From: an uncultured delta proteobacterium
GTDB taxonomy: Bacteria > Desulfobacterota > Desulfobacteria > Desulfobacterales > QNYZ01
DNA length: 64,000 nucleotides
Reading direction: 5' to 3'
NCBI GenBank assembly: GCA_963845145.1
Contig: CAWJQU010000005.1
Location: 384,001 to 448,000 of the forward strand
Program-made: the position numbers and the translations under genes
Shown here: positions 40,396 through 50,420 of the stretch, piece by piece
Numbering within the stretch: the first letter of the stretch is position 1
Layout: each line of letters begins with the position of its first letter
The notes under the pieces: model-generated
Databases searched by the model: none
What the model was told of the DNA's origin: nothing
Seen by the model: only the letters and a program-made list of their open reading frames with translations

Positions 40396-41541
40396 ATGGT
40401 CATGAAAAAAGTCTATATCGCCAAAACCGCTATCGCCACTGGATTGGGAGACACCCTGGAGGACAATTGGCGCCGGCTGAACCAGGGTCAAAGCGCCATC
40501 GACATCATTTTGCATTTCAATACCGACCGGCTGCCCTATCACTATGGGGCGTGCCGGCCGGATCTACGGCAAACGAACGATGTCAATTTTACCTGCGCTT
40601 TGATGCAACGTGTCTTGGACCGCATTAAACCGATCTCAACAAACACAGACATTATCTGGACGGGCATCAAAGGCAATGCCCAAGCTATTGAGCATGGAAA
40701 GAAAAATGCCCATTACTACCTGCCGACCCACTACCGGCAATGGGTGGCGGACACTATGGGTATAACCGGACAGGGGATGGAGATCAATGCGGCCTGCGCG
40801 GCCGCCACGGTCGGCCTGGCCATTGGAGCTCAAAAAATTGCCCTGGGGAACGTGGATCAAGTTCTGGTTTGTGGTGCGGACTTGGTGAGCCGATTTGTCC
40901 ATACGGGATTTTCTGCATTAAAGGCCCTGACGAAGACCGCTTGTCGGCCATTTGATCGCCAGCGTGACGGGATGTGCCTGGGGGATGGGGCTTTTGCTAT
41001 ACTGCTTACCAGTGAAAAAACCTTCAAAAAAGAGACTCGGGCACCCCACGTGCGATTGGCCGGATGGGGTATCTCCAACGATGCCGTCCATATCACCGGC
41101 CCGGCCCGAGACGGTCGTGGATTGACCTCAGCCGTTCGGGCTGCCCTGGACATGGCTGCCACACCTCCCGACGAGGTTGAGGCCTTTTGCGTTCACGGCA
41201 CCGGAACCGTATTTAATGACGCCATGGAACTGGCGGCGATCAAAACCCTATTCGGCGACCGCCGCTTTCCGGCTTTCTCCATCAAGGGGGCCATCGGACA
41301 CACTTTGGGCGCGGCGGGTGGAATCGAAACGGCCCTCTGCTGCCAGGCATTAGCAAATCAGTGCGTACCGCCCACAATCGGCTTGAAAGATCCTGAAGAG
41401 AGGGCGATGGGTCTCGTAGCAAACACCGCTCAACCGTTTGGGGGCCAAAACATTTTGACCACCAATTCCGGTTTTGGCGGAGTGAACGGTGCTCTTATGC
41501 TTCAGATGGACGTTCAAAGGGATAAGCGAGAAATCAAATAA
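40396..41541 (+). CDS. Beta-ketoacyl synthase
   Basis: AACAAA, HGTGT, GHTLGA, SGFGG. Confidence 0.9.
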   Translation: MVMKKVYIAKTAIATGLGDTLEDNWRRLNQGQSAIDIILHFNTDRLPYHYGACRPDLRQTNDVNFTCALMQRVLDRIKPISTNTDIIWTGIKGNAQAIEHGKKNAHYYLPTHYRQWVADTMGITGQGMEINAACAAATVGLAIGAQKIALGNVDQVLVCGADLVSRFVHTGFSALKALTKTACRPFDRQRDGMCLGDGAFAILLTSEKTFKKETRAPHVRLAGWGISNDAVHITGPARDGRGLTSAVRAALDMAATPPDEVEAFCVHGTGTVFNDAMELAAIKTLFGDRRFPAFSIKGAIGHTLGAAGGIETALCCQALANQCVPPTIGLKDPEERAMGLVANTAQPFGGQNILTTNSGFGGVNGALMLQMDVQRDKREIK

Positions 41542-41550
41542 CAGGACAAC

Positions 41551-42243
41551 ATGTTAATTAATAATATCGGTGGCGGTTGGGTCACAGCAGAAAATTACGG
41601 TCAGATGAGAAACGGTACCCGGCCGGTGCTTCATCCCGGTACGCCTAAGCTGCCTCCAGCCCAAGATCTGTTTTCTCCCCTCCCCGCCCGGTTCCGTCGC
41701 TTTGACCTTTTTACCCAGCTGGGATTAAGCGCCATCGCCTTGGCGTTAAAGGATGCGGGCATCGCCGAAAGTGAACATTCGCGCTCCATCGGCATTGTGA
41801 TCTCCAGCGTTTACGAATGCTTCGAAGTCGACCTGGCCTATTACCAGACCACGCTAGACGAAGATGGCCTGTTTGCCAGCCCCAACCTGTTTTCCTACAC
41901 GTTGCCGGGCATCGTCACCGGTGAGGCTGCGATTTATTTCAAATTAACCGGTCCGACATTTACGATGGGTGATGACACTACCTCCCGAGGGATGCCAGCC
42001 CTTTTGGCCGGTGTGGATATGATTCGATCCGGTATGTGTAAAACCGTGATATGCGGTTGGTTGGATAGTCCGGGTGAAATGCTTGAAACCAAGCTCAAAG
42101 ATGTCGACCCAGTTTGTGGGGCCGTATTTGTCGTCTTGTCCGCCGAATATCAACAGCGTGTGCTGGCACAACTTCGAATCGAGAATTCAGCCCTTCTCAC
42201 TGCATCCGGAGCCAAACTTGAATCAATCCAGGACCTTTGCTGA
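41551..42243 (+). CDS. Ketosynthase N-domain / chain-length-factor-like partner
   Basis: RF.RFD, ASPNLFSYTLP; no catalytic triad. Confidence 0.75.
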   Translation: MLINNIGGGWVTAENYGQMRNGTRPVLHPGTPKLPPAQDLFSPLPARFRRFDLFTQLGLSAIALALKDAGIAESEHSRSIGIVISSVYECFEVDLAYYQTTLDEDGLFASPNLFSYTLPGIVTGEAAIYFKLTGPTFTMGDDTTSRGMPALLAGVDMIRSGMCKTVICGWLDSPGEMLETKLKDVDPVCGAVFVVLSAEYQQRVLAQLRIENSALLTASGAKLESIQDLC

Positions 42244-42401
42244 CCCATCGGCTTATCACTAGTTCAAGGCGGGTCGACCCAGCGCCCTTTGGTCAATCGT
42301 ATGATTGTGGGGCCTGAATGGTTCGAACCTTATCTCCTTTCGAATCACTTCTTGAAATGGCTTGAACATCTACATATGTAATTGAGAGGATACAATATCA
42401 A

Positions 42402-42944
42402 ATGGACACAAAGGATAAGCACTTGCTTTACGGTCTAGCTGCTGTCTTTTTCTATATCATTCATGCTGGGTATCTGATTATAGTTGGAGAACATTATCAT
42501 TGTATTTGGTCCTGTCATCTGGGGTGCCTATTGGTAGGTGCAGGCCTTGTTTTAAAATCACCACATATTTTTTCGATGGGATTTTTCTGGCTTTTTTTGG
42601 GTGTACCTCTCTGGATATTAAATGTGATCACAAGCCGGGAATTCATGGTGACATCCACCCTTAGCCATTTAGGCGGGCTGACCATTGGCCTATGCAGTCT
42701 GAGTTTCATGAAGGTGCCGAGATATTTCTGGATCATGGCAACAGCCGGGCTTCTCATCCTCGGTCTGTTCAGCAGGCTGGTCACTCCGGAACATGCTAAT
42801 GTTAATCTTGCCTTCCGGGTGTGGGCAGGGTGGGAAAATCTGTTCCCTTCCTATTTCTGGTATGTGGTTATGCTTGTTGCTATTTCTGCGAGCGTATTTT
42901 TTTTGCTGGAACGCACCATCGAGAAACTGGCCTCACCCACATGA
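42402..42944 (+). CDS. Hypothetical multi-pass membrane protein
   Basis: About 6 TM helices; W.CH, H.GG, NVN motifs. Confidence 0.7.
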   Translation: MDTKDKHLLYGLAAVFFYIIHAGYLIIVGEHYHCIWSCHLGCLLVGAGLVLKSPHIFSMGFFWLFLGVPLWILNVITSREFMVTSTLSHLGGLTIGLCSLSFMKVPRYFWIMATAGLLILGLFSRLVTPEHANVNLAFRVWAGWENLFPSYFWYVVMLVAISASVFFLLERTIEKLASPT

Positions 42945-42961
42945 TGAATCTCTGGTATTTT

Positions 42962-44248
42962 TCAAAAGGTCTTTGTTTTCCAAAAAACCTGCGGAATTTT
43001 CAATTTAAGTTGTTTGGCAAAGCGAATCAGTAGCAAAAAGACCATCATAATCATGACCAGTTCAGTCGATTCCTCCCACCAGTCAGCCCAGCCCTGATTT
43101 TCTCTAAAGGGCAGCATTAGGCTAAATCTGAAAAAGGCATAGCTTGAAAATCCGAGGCCGATAAAAAACGGTAACTCTGCTTTTTGCACGCCTGTTTTGC
43201 CTCTCCGAAGCCAAATAAAAGATGCCATAAAAGCAATGGCTCCCAAGATCGGATAAATCCGGAATTCAAAAAAGAGGTTCCAGAAATCCTTATCCCAGAG
43301 CACGTTAGATGCGAATACGGGCATAATAATCTTAAATGGCCTTAAGGGCATCGTTACAGGGATCAAGGCAACAAAGGCAAGGGCAGGGACCATGAAAAGC
43401 GCCAACCGATGGAGACCGCAATTCCCGGAATTATTTTTCCAACACGTCTTACAGAGTCTTTGGAGCAGGCAAGGGCGATCTTGGTCCCTATAGTGGACAA
43501 TCCGTTCATCAAAGAAGAGAAACAACCCCCACTCGAGGAGAAAGAACATCAACACCATGCCTAAACCATGGATGAATTCGAGCTCCGGGCTACTATTTGA
43601 GGCAATCAGGTAATTAAGGGTGCAGGCATTTTCCCCTATAAAAAAGAAAACCATTGCGTTGCGGATCAAAACAAGATCCCTTTCCTTTCTTCTCCATAAG
43701 ATGAGGGCGATCACGAAGCTCAAAAGCACATAGATAGGCTTGATCACAAAAGCGGCCGCCGTAACGGCTAACTGGGTAAGTAAGGATATCTCAACAATGG
43801 GCGGTTCAAGCGCGTTTGCGATAGAACCACTTCCCGTTGAGGGCGAAGAGGGGTAGCCCAAGCGCTGCCATGCCTGCATCCCTTCTCTGAGATTATAGAC
43901 ATTAGGATATCCATGGGACATGATTGTGGCCGCCGCAATCTGGGATTTCCAGCCCGAATAGCAGACCGTGACGATCTGCCTACCCTTGGCCTGCGGATGT
44001 TTCTCAAGAAAGCCATCAATATTGGCTGGATCCAACAAGATAGCCCCGTCAATGCGGCCTTTCTCAAAGGCAGAGTGCTCGCGGATATCCAGAACAAGGG
44101 GATTTGATCCACTGGATAACGCATTTTTCAACTGCTCCGACCCAATGGATTGGATCCCTATGAATCGGGCCGACATATCCTGACAGCCGACTAATAAGAG
44201 TGTAATGAGTAGGAAAAAGGTCCATTTTATACGAATTGATATATCCAT
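42962..44248 (-). CDS. Rhodanese-domain lipoprotein fused to a multi-TM domain
   Basis: Lipobox LVGC, LDIR, G.IDGA, CYSGWKS, L.EGM.AW, then about 8 TM helices. Confidence 0.8.
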   Translation of the reverse strand: MDISIRIKWTFFLLITLLLVGCQDMSARFIGIQSIGSEQLKNALSSGSNPLVLDIREHSAFEKGRIDGAILLDPANIDGFLEKHPQAKGRQIVTVCYSGWKSQIAAATIMSHGYPNVYNLREGMQAWQRLGYPSSPSTGSGSIANALEPPIVEISLLTQLAVTAAAFVIKPIYVLLSFVIALILWRRKERDLVLIRNAMVFFFIGENACTLNYLIASNSSPELEFIHGLGMVLMFFLLEWGLFLFFDERIVHYRDQDRPCLLQRLCKTCWKNNSGNCGLHRLALFMVPALAFVALIPVTMPLRPFKIIMPVFASNVLWDKDFWNLFFEFRIYPILGAIAFMASFIWLRRGKTGVQKAELPFFIGLGFSSYAFFRFSLMLPFRENQGWADWWEESTELVMIMMVFLLLIRFAKQLKLKIPQVFWKTKTF

Positions 44249-44511
44249 ACACGATCAAACCTAAAGTGCGCTTATACCGCTTCACAATTTGGCCCGGTAC
44301 ACCCCTTGATCACCTGCCGTAGGGTGAATGCGATAATGAATGTGAGGTGAAATATATCTCCATAGAACGCCTGCGGCTCCATGAGGTCATGACACTCTCT
44401 TTCAGAATTTGCAAACTTTCCGCCACTTGCGCTACGGATAGTTAAACAGTTCCAACATTTACGATAGGTGACGGCATCCGACATTTCCCCGCAATCGGTT
44501 CTTGATCTTTT

Positions 44512-45885
44512 TTAACCGATCCTTAATAAGCCTAGCGGCAGGGGCAAGGCTGGGATGTCGTGGATGGTGGTTTTCCGTTTTGACCGGGTCAAAATCAATC
44601 CATTGGCATATTTCTTAATTTGAGATAGTTGTTTGGGCCGAACCTGGTTTGTCCATTTCACTTCTACCGGCCAAAAACGGTTTTTTTGTACATAGGCAAT
44701 GTCAACTTCACCTTTGGCTTTGATATAGAATGTCGGAAAACGCCTTTGATAGTGCGTTACGGCGCATGCCTCTACCAACGTACCCATCTGTTCCGAATCA
44801 TGAAACAGCTGTTTGACCTGATCTTTAAAAGGATCTTCACAGGGCCACAACCACGACTTGACGGCATGATAAATGAATGGGTCTGTAAAAAATACTTTTT
44901 TAGCCTTCTTCGGTGCTGCGATTAATTTATCCTCAATTAGGGCCGATTGGACAAACACCGCATCCATGGACTCCAGCAATGCCATGTAATCCGCGATGGT
45001 TTTGGGGTGATCGATGGATAGATCTTTTGAAAGGGCATTCCAGGTGACCTGGCTTCCGTACCTTTTGATTATGGCCTGTAATATTTCTATAAGAAAGTGT
45101 TCCTTTTTATGCCGCTTGAGCACATCTCCCCTGATCCAATCGCTATAAGTCGAAAATGTGCCGGGTAATATTTTCCCATAGGCGGCCATATCGTTGATGG
45201 CGGTTAAAAAACCGCCATGTGATAAGTATAAATCAAATTCAGTATAAAGCTGGTCCAAAAGGGAATCGGGAACATGCGCATCGTCATGCATAAGTCGGTT
45301 GATGTTATCAGCCGAAATGATCTTGTGAAGGGCTACAAATTCCATGAAGCTGAGTGGAAGTAGATGAAAATCCACCACTCCCGATTTCCCCCGTCTTCCC
45401 GGAAACCGCATCCTAGCCTCTTTGATAATTCCCACATCAGAACCGGTTACGACCATGACGGTCTGCTCAAGCATACCGGCGTCTGCAAGATATTTAATTC
45501 CTTTGTCCCAATCTCGGATGTAGGTAACTTCGTCGAGTATCAGGTAGTTCGTCGATGAAGTAGGGATCGTTTTTATTATGTCTCCAATGAGCCTGACAAG
45601 AGAGTGATGATCATCAATCAATTCACCGGTTAAATAGGTGACGCATCGAGGCTGGGTGCCAAGATCGAGTAACTGGGCCATCCACTGTTTAATAAGGGTC
45701 GTTTTTCCAATCTGTCTGCCACCGCTCAAGCTATAAATACCCGGATCGGCAGTTGGCAATCGGTCGAGAGTGGAAGACCGGTGGATCAATGGCTGCCTGG
45801 CGAGTAGCCTCAAGTGTGGATCGAGGTCTTCAAAACCTTCACGGCTTTCCAGATGGGTATTGTGAGGCAAGAATCTTGGGTCCAT
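44512..45885 (-). CDS. AAA_14 ATPase with DUF4143 / PD-(D/E)XK-like C-terminus
   Basis: Walker A GGRQIGKT, Walker B LILDE, TGS, GGF, KK.FF.D, EVD...VEVK. Confidence 0.9.
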   Translation of the reverse strand: MDPRFLPHNTHLESREGFEDLDPHLRLLARQPLIHRSSTLDRLPTADPGIYSLSGGRQIGKTTLIKQWMAQLLDLGTQPRCVTYLTGELIDDHHSLVRLIGDIIKTIPTSSTNYLILDEVTYIRDWDKGIKYLADAGMLEQTVMVVTGSDVGIIKEARMRFPGRRGKSGVVDFHLLPLSFMEFVALHKIISADNINRLMHDDAHVPDSLLDQLYTEFDLYLSHGGFLTAINDMAAYGKILPGTFSTYSDWIRGDVLKRHKKEHFLIEILQAIIKRYGSQVTWNALSKDLSIDHPKTIADYMALLESMDAVFVQSALIEDKLIAAPKKAKKVFFTDPFIYHAVKSWLWPCEDPFKDQVKQLFHDSEQMGTLVEACAVTHYQRRFPTFYIKAKGEVDIAYVQKNRFWPVEVKWTNQVRPKQLSQIKKYANGLILTRSKRKTTIHDIPALPLPLGLLRIG

Positions 45886-45904
45886 TCTTAAAACCTTCTG
45901 TAGT

Positions 45905-45952
45905 TTTGTATATTAGTCAATGAATAAATTTATTCATTGACTAATATACAAA
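45905..45952. promoter_or_regulatory. Perfect 48-bp palindrome, putative operator or cruciform
   Basis: TTTGTATATTAGTCAATGAATAAA|TTTATTCATTGACTAATATACAAA, no spacer, 19 nt upstream of the ATPase start codon. Confidence 0.85.
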
Positions 45953-46114
45953 TAAATGTGCCCTGTCAATTCGCTTTATAAAATTCTCTCGCTGCACATA
46001 TTGCTTGGCGACCGTAACCCCGTGGGTTACATTCAGTTAATCATGATAAAATCCTTTAAACATAAGGACTTGGACAAAAATATTTTTCCACGGAAAGCAA
46101 GAAAGGTATAAAAA

Positions 46115-46237
46115 ATGCGAAGAATGATTAGGCGCCCAACACATCCGGGCAATATAATTAAAGAAGACTATCTTTTGCCTCTATCCATTACAATTAAAAA
46201 TATGGCTGCAACGCCCGGTAACAAGTACGTCACTTAA
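46115..46237 (+). pseudogene. higA: Truncated HigA-family antitoxin
   Basis: Hand translation: MRRMIRRPTHPGNIIKEDYLLPLSITIKNMAA, then an early stop. Confidence 0.75.
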
Positions 46238-46249
46238 AAGAACTTGTGA

Positions 46250-46385
46250 AGCTTCAGCCAACACACTGGTATTGAGTTGAACCGACGTTACTATAGATGG
46301 TAAGGTGAAAAGAGAGGATTGTTGGACACAGAGCATTGCCACCAGAACCCTGGCGTTCGTCGAGGCAGTTAGAATGCAGACGCGC
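46250..46385 (+). mobile_element. Degenerate RAYT C-terminal fragment
   Basis: KREDCWTQSIA...AFVEAV resembles the RE..WT.S.AVGS..FVE tail of these transposases. Confidence 0.45.
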
Positions 46386-46848
46386 AGCTTAGCAATCAGT
46401 ATTTCAAAATCTTTGAAATTTTGAACGATATTCGGAAGGTAACAGTCTTGTGTTTTTTACGAAAATTTTTCGAAATGACCGCTGTTTTGATAACCAATTG
46501 ATAGGTTATTTCATCAAAGGACAACATTGTATTTTCGAGTAGGGATTTAGCCTTTTGAACTTTCAGGAAGCTTTAAGCTACGGAACCGATATGATAGGCC
46601 CCGGCATTATGATGAAAGCGCTGAAAATGGATTAAAGAAAATCCCACGGATATCAAAGAAGAGGGTGAAATATTCGACAGGAAAAAATAGGGACGTCTAT
46701 GATTATTTGCCTTTTAAAATACCTCAAATCAATTCAATCTTCTAACGGAAAGCGAAACATTCCCCTTGACCTCGACCACTGGTCCAGCATAGCCCTACAA
46801 ATAATATCCTACTGGCTTGCCCAAACATCAAACACCGGACCCAATCCA

Positions 46849-47844
46849 TTATGGCCTTATCTCAACAAGTGTACCATTGGGCACTAGCCGTTCAATCTCC
46901 TCCATCTCTTCGTCCGTAACGGCAATACACCCTTTGGTCCAATCGGTTTGTGCATGAAAAGAACCCGCCCAGGAAAAGCCATTTTTAATACCATGAATCA
47001 TGATATCTCCACCTGGGGAAACACCCAGATTTTTGGCTCGCTTTTTGTCTGTCTCGTTGGGATAGGAAATACGAAGCGATAAGTGGTAGGCACTACCCCT
47101 GTTTCTCGATTCGATGGTGTAGGTTCCCTCCGGGGTTTTGTTATCGCCCTGCCTTTCTTTCGGGCCAACCGGGTTTCCCCCCAGGGCTATTCTATAGGTT
47201 TTAATCACCTCGCCCCTTGAGAACAGCGTCAACTGTCGCGCTTTCTTTTCTATCAGAATTTTATCTGCCGGTCCCGTCCTCAGTTCGAAAAGCTTTTGCT
47301 CTATCGTTTCAATCTTTTCTATGAGTGCGATATTCTCATTCTCTTTGTCTTTAACCTCTTGGCGGGAAATCTCGATCTGTGTCCGCTGCGCGGCAATAGT
47401 TTTATCTTTGAAGATAACATTTTGGATTTGATGTATCATCACCTGGCTGTCTTGCCTGTATTCGCTAACCGGATAATCCTTTACGATTTTCTGAAAGCAC
47501 GCCAGCGCTTTCTGATAGTCTTTTTGTTCGTTCCCAGGATGGGCATGAATAATGCCCATCTCAAAAAGAACCCTGTCTGCGGTCTCAGGATCTTTTTGAA
47601 TGAGTTGCTCGTATTTTCTAAGCGAAGCATCGTATTCTCCCTGGTTGAAAAAATCGTTTGCCTCTTTGGAGATCAACCGGGCCTGATGCCCGTCATCAAT
47701 GGAACGGCATCCGAATATCAAAATAGTTGTCAGTAGGGTGATGTAAACGAAGAAAAGGCGAAGATTCTTAACCAAACATCCCCGCCTTTTGCCTACATCT
47801 GTCTTGGTGCTTGTTGTTGACGTACCTGATGATTGCAAAACCAA
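46849..47844 (-). CDS. TPR + YkuD-domain lipoprotein, YafK/DpaA-like
   Basis: TPR-like helices, GPK...GDNKTPEG.Y, SYPN, GGDIMIHG, WTKGCIA. True start is probably slightly downstream. Confidence 0.85.
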   Translation of the reverse strand: MVLQSSGTSTTSTKTDVGKRRGCLVKNLRLFFVYITLLTTILIFGCRSIDDGHQARLISKEANDFFNQGEYDASLRKYEQLIQKDPETADRVLFEMGIIHAHPGNEQKDYQKALACFQKIVKDYPVSEYRQDSQVMIHQIQNVIFKDKTIAAQRTQIEISRQEVKDKENENIALIEKIETIEQKLFELRTGPADKILIEKKARQLTLFSRGEVIKTYRIALGGNPVGPKERQGDNKTPEGTYTIESRNRGSAYHLSLRISYPNETDKKRAKNLGVSPGGDIMIHGIKNGFSWAGSFHAQTDWTKGCIAVTDEEMEEIERLVPNGTLVEIRP

Positions 47845-47894
47845 TCCTCTTACGGCTCTATTCGCAATGCATTCAATACAGAATGGTGAAAATA

Positions 47895-47933
47895 AAAGGA
47901 AGTGGCAGCGCTTTAAGTCCTCCCACTTCCTTT
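47895..47933 (-). terminator. Intrinsic terminator after the Lpp-like gene
   Basis: AAAGGAAGTGG...CCACTTCCTTT stem, with a U-tract on the minus strand. Confidence 0.55.
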
Positions 47934-47938
47934 CCGGT

Positions 47939-48265
47939 TTACTTCTTCATTGATTTCTTGAACACAGCTTCAGCCTGTTTTGCTTTTTCCTCCGCGATTC
48001 GCTCCTTTTCAGCGGCAATTTTCTCTCTTTCTTCCGCCCTTTTTTCAGCGGCCTCAGCGCGAACCGTCGCGTCATTTGCTTTCATCAAGGCTTCATCGGC
48101 TGCGGCCTTGGCAGCCTGGGCATCCATAGCTGCCTGATCCGCTTTGGCGCTGATTGCCTTTTCACGGGCCTGCATCTGTTCAAGATCGCCTTTAGTTGCA
48201 CAACCCCCAAGGGCAAAAGCGAGAGCAAGCATCACTGTGATCATCAAAAGACTTTTTTTCATCAT
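47939..48265 (-). CDS. Lpp/OprI-like alanine-zipper lipoprotein
   Basis: AAAGGAG RBS, lipobox LGGC, Ala-rich coiled coil, C-terminal KK. Confidence 0.85.
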   Translation of the reverse strand: MMKKSLLMITVMLALAFALGGCATKGDLEQMQAREKAISAKADQAAMDAQAAKAAADEALMKANDATVRAEAAEKRAEEREKIAAEKERIAEEKAKQAEAVFKKSMKK

Positions 48266-48368
48266 GTAAACAACTCCTTTCTCTTCGGTTTGTATTACCA
48301 TAACAACGGCTTAAGAAGCGCCGCGTTACATCATAAGAAATAACCCCGTTGGCAAACTGTTGGCCGGG

Positions 48369-49691
48369 CTATTTCTTCTCTACAGGTTCGACCAATATTC
48401 CGTCTATTTCCAAGTCTATTTTGAGGCGTTTCACTGCGTCTTCGGCCTCGCTTATATTATTGAAAGGGCCGGCGAGAACGCGGTGTTTGCCGATAGCCGA
48501 CAACACCCTCGCGGGGATTTGTGGGCCCTGATGGTTAATCATTGCGGTTAGTCTTTGAGCCTCAACCTTGTCTGGAATAACAGCGGCCATAACATACCAC
48601 GCATCTGTTTTGAGCTCCGGTACTTCCGGTTTGCCGTACAGCTTGTCCGGGTGCCTTAGTCTTATAGGCTCCGCAACACCCGTTGCACCTCCATGGCGGA
48701 TCTCTGATAGAGGAACCGGGATGCCGCGAACTTCGGACACGATTTTCTTGACCTTATTCCAGTCAAACGTGCTTCCCAACCTCTTTTCGATCTTTTTCAA
48801 TTTCGCATAGGCCTTCTTCAACTCAGCGTTGCCTGATGCTGCAGGGGGCGTATGCGCTTCCATGTAAACCACCCCATCCCGTTGACCTATGAGATATGGC
48901 TGGTTGACAATTCTCACAGGTGTTTTTACCGGGGTGCTTTCGAAAAGCCGCTTAATGTCTTCCGGATAGAGTCTTATGCAGCCGTTGGTTGACCTGAGGC
49001 CGACGCTGGCCGGTTTATTTGTACCATGGACCAAATAACTTGGCTTGCTTAAATAGAGAGCGTGTTCTCCCAATGGGTTCAGAGGTCCCGGCAGAATTTT
49101 GTCCGGCAGGGGATCTCCCTTTTTCCGGTGATCTTTAGCGATCGAGGCAGGCACATACCAGGTCGGCCGGAACTTCTTGCGCCGTATAGCCATTCGACCC
49201 ATGGGGGTGGGCCGCTCCGGGGTACCGACACCGATCGGGTAGGTCGATACGGCCAACTGGTTGCTATCTCTTTTAAAAAAGAAGATCCTCATAGCAGCCA
49301 AGTTAATCACGATACCTTTTCTGCGGGTGTCCGGCAAAATAAAGCTCAGAGGCAAAAGGACACGTTCTCCGGCTTTGGGCACCCATACATCAACCCCCGG
49401 ATTGGCTGAACTGACTGTATTGACTCCCAAGCTGTAGTGTCTCGCAATATCCGGCAGCGTATCCCCCTTTTTGAGCCTGACGACCGCCAGCCGGCCAATG
49501 ACGTCCTCCCCTTTTTCAACAATAAAATCATTTCGTTCGATCTCATTCTCCAGATGGCGTGAGACCCGCAGGTCCACCAGTCCTTCCCTCATAACCGCAC
49601 AACCAGGGAGAAATAAGATACACATCAATAAAATTGCAGGATGAAGCCTGTTTAATATGGGCGACAACCTAATAATTCGGCGCAGGGTCAT
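48369..49691 (-). CDS. L,D-transpeptidase (ErfK/YcfS-like) with LysM and SPOR domains
   Basis: GDTL.DIAR, YPIGVG, P.W..P, NPLG, HGTN...STNGCIRL, C-terminal SPOR (V.AGPF). Confidence 0.9.
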   Translation of the reverse strand: MTLRRIIRLSPILNRLHPAILLMCILFLPGCAVMREGLVDLRVSRHLENEIERNDFIVEKGEDVIGRLAVVRLKKGDTLPDIARHYSLGVNTVSSANPGVDVWVPKAGERVLLPLSFILPDTRRKGIVINLAAMRIFFFKRDSNQLAVSTYPIGVGTPERPTPMGRMAIRRKKFRPTWYVPASIAKDHRKKGDPLPDKILPGPLNPLGEHALYLSKPSYLVHGTNKPASVGLRSTNGCIRLYPEDIKRLFESTPVKTPVRIVNQPYLIGQRDGVVYMEAHTPPAASGNAELKKAYAKLKKIEKRLGSTFDWNKVKKIVSEVRGIPVPLSEIRHGGATGVAEPIRLRHPDKLYGKPEVPELKTDAWYVMAAVIPDKVEAQRLTAMINHQGPQIPARVLSAIGKHRVLAGPFNNISEAEDAVKRLKIDLEIDGILVEPVEKK

Positions 49692-49982
49692 GTAAACTAT
49701 CTCGTTTAATGAAGAAAATTTAAAAACCATCTTACGGCAAAACCGGATTGTATTGACGCGCAAGGATCAATTCCAACGCAAGAACAGTATTACATATCAA
49801 GATTCGCCGATATATTCAAAATTAAGCTTTTATAAAGAAAAATAGAGATCACTGTCAATCCGCTTTATATCAAATGATGGGATACCAATGTTGAAAATAA
49901 CATTGTATGTCCAGAGGAAAGCATAAATCCTAACGTCACATAAATGCTTGGACGCCCCAATTTTTTCTCAATTTTTTCCAAC

Positions 49983-50342
49983 TTATTTGTAGGCCTGTTC
50001 GATCGCTTTTTGCGCCGCATTCATGATTACGACACTGCTGTTCGTCGCACCGGACACTACGTCCACCCGAGTTGACTGTTGCGCCTTGATTCTTTGAGGG
50101 ATGACGGTGTTGGCCCTGGCACCTTTCCAGGACGAAAAATGCCTGACCAGTTCCACATTTTCGATACGACTTTCGACAATGGTGACTTTTACCACAGCGC
50201 TGTTGGGCCCATTGCGGTAATGGCCTTTATAAACACCATCTTTTAATGGATGTCCTTCAAAATCGGCGCCAATCATCAACGCTGTCTGGCAGCCGGCCAG
50301 CAGCAGAACAATGGCAAGCAAACTAAATCGGATGTATTGCAT
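49983..50342 (-). CDS. FMN-binding lipoprotein
   Basis: Lipobox LAGC, KDGVYKG, flavinylation motif DVVSGAT.SS. Confidence 0.85.
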   Translation of the reverse strand: MQYIRFSLLAIVLLLAGCQTALMIGADFEGHPLKDGVYKGHYRNGPNSAVVKVTIVESRIENVELVRHFSSWKGARANTVIPQRIKAQQSTRVDVVSGATNSSVVIMNAAQKAIEQAYK

Positions 50343-50420
50343 ATTTCTACCTTGATTGGGTTTTGGCATATGGTGTCTGTTTATAACCTTTTGAATTTTC
50401 TGAATAGTGCTGATCTGAGA

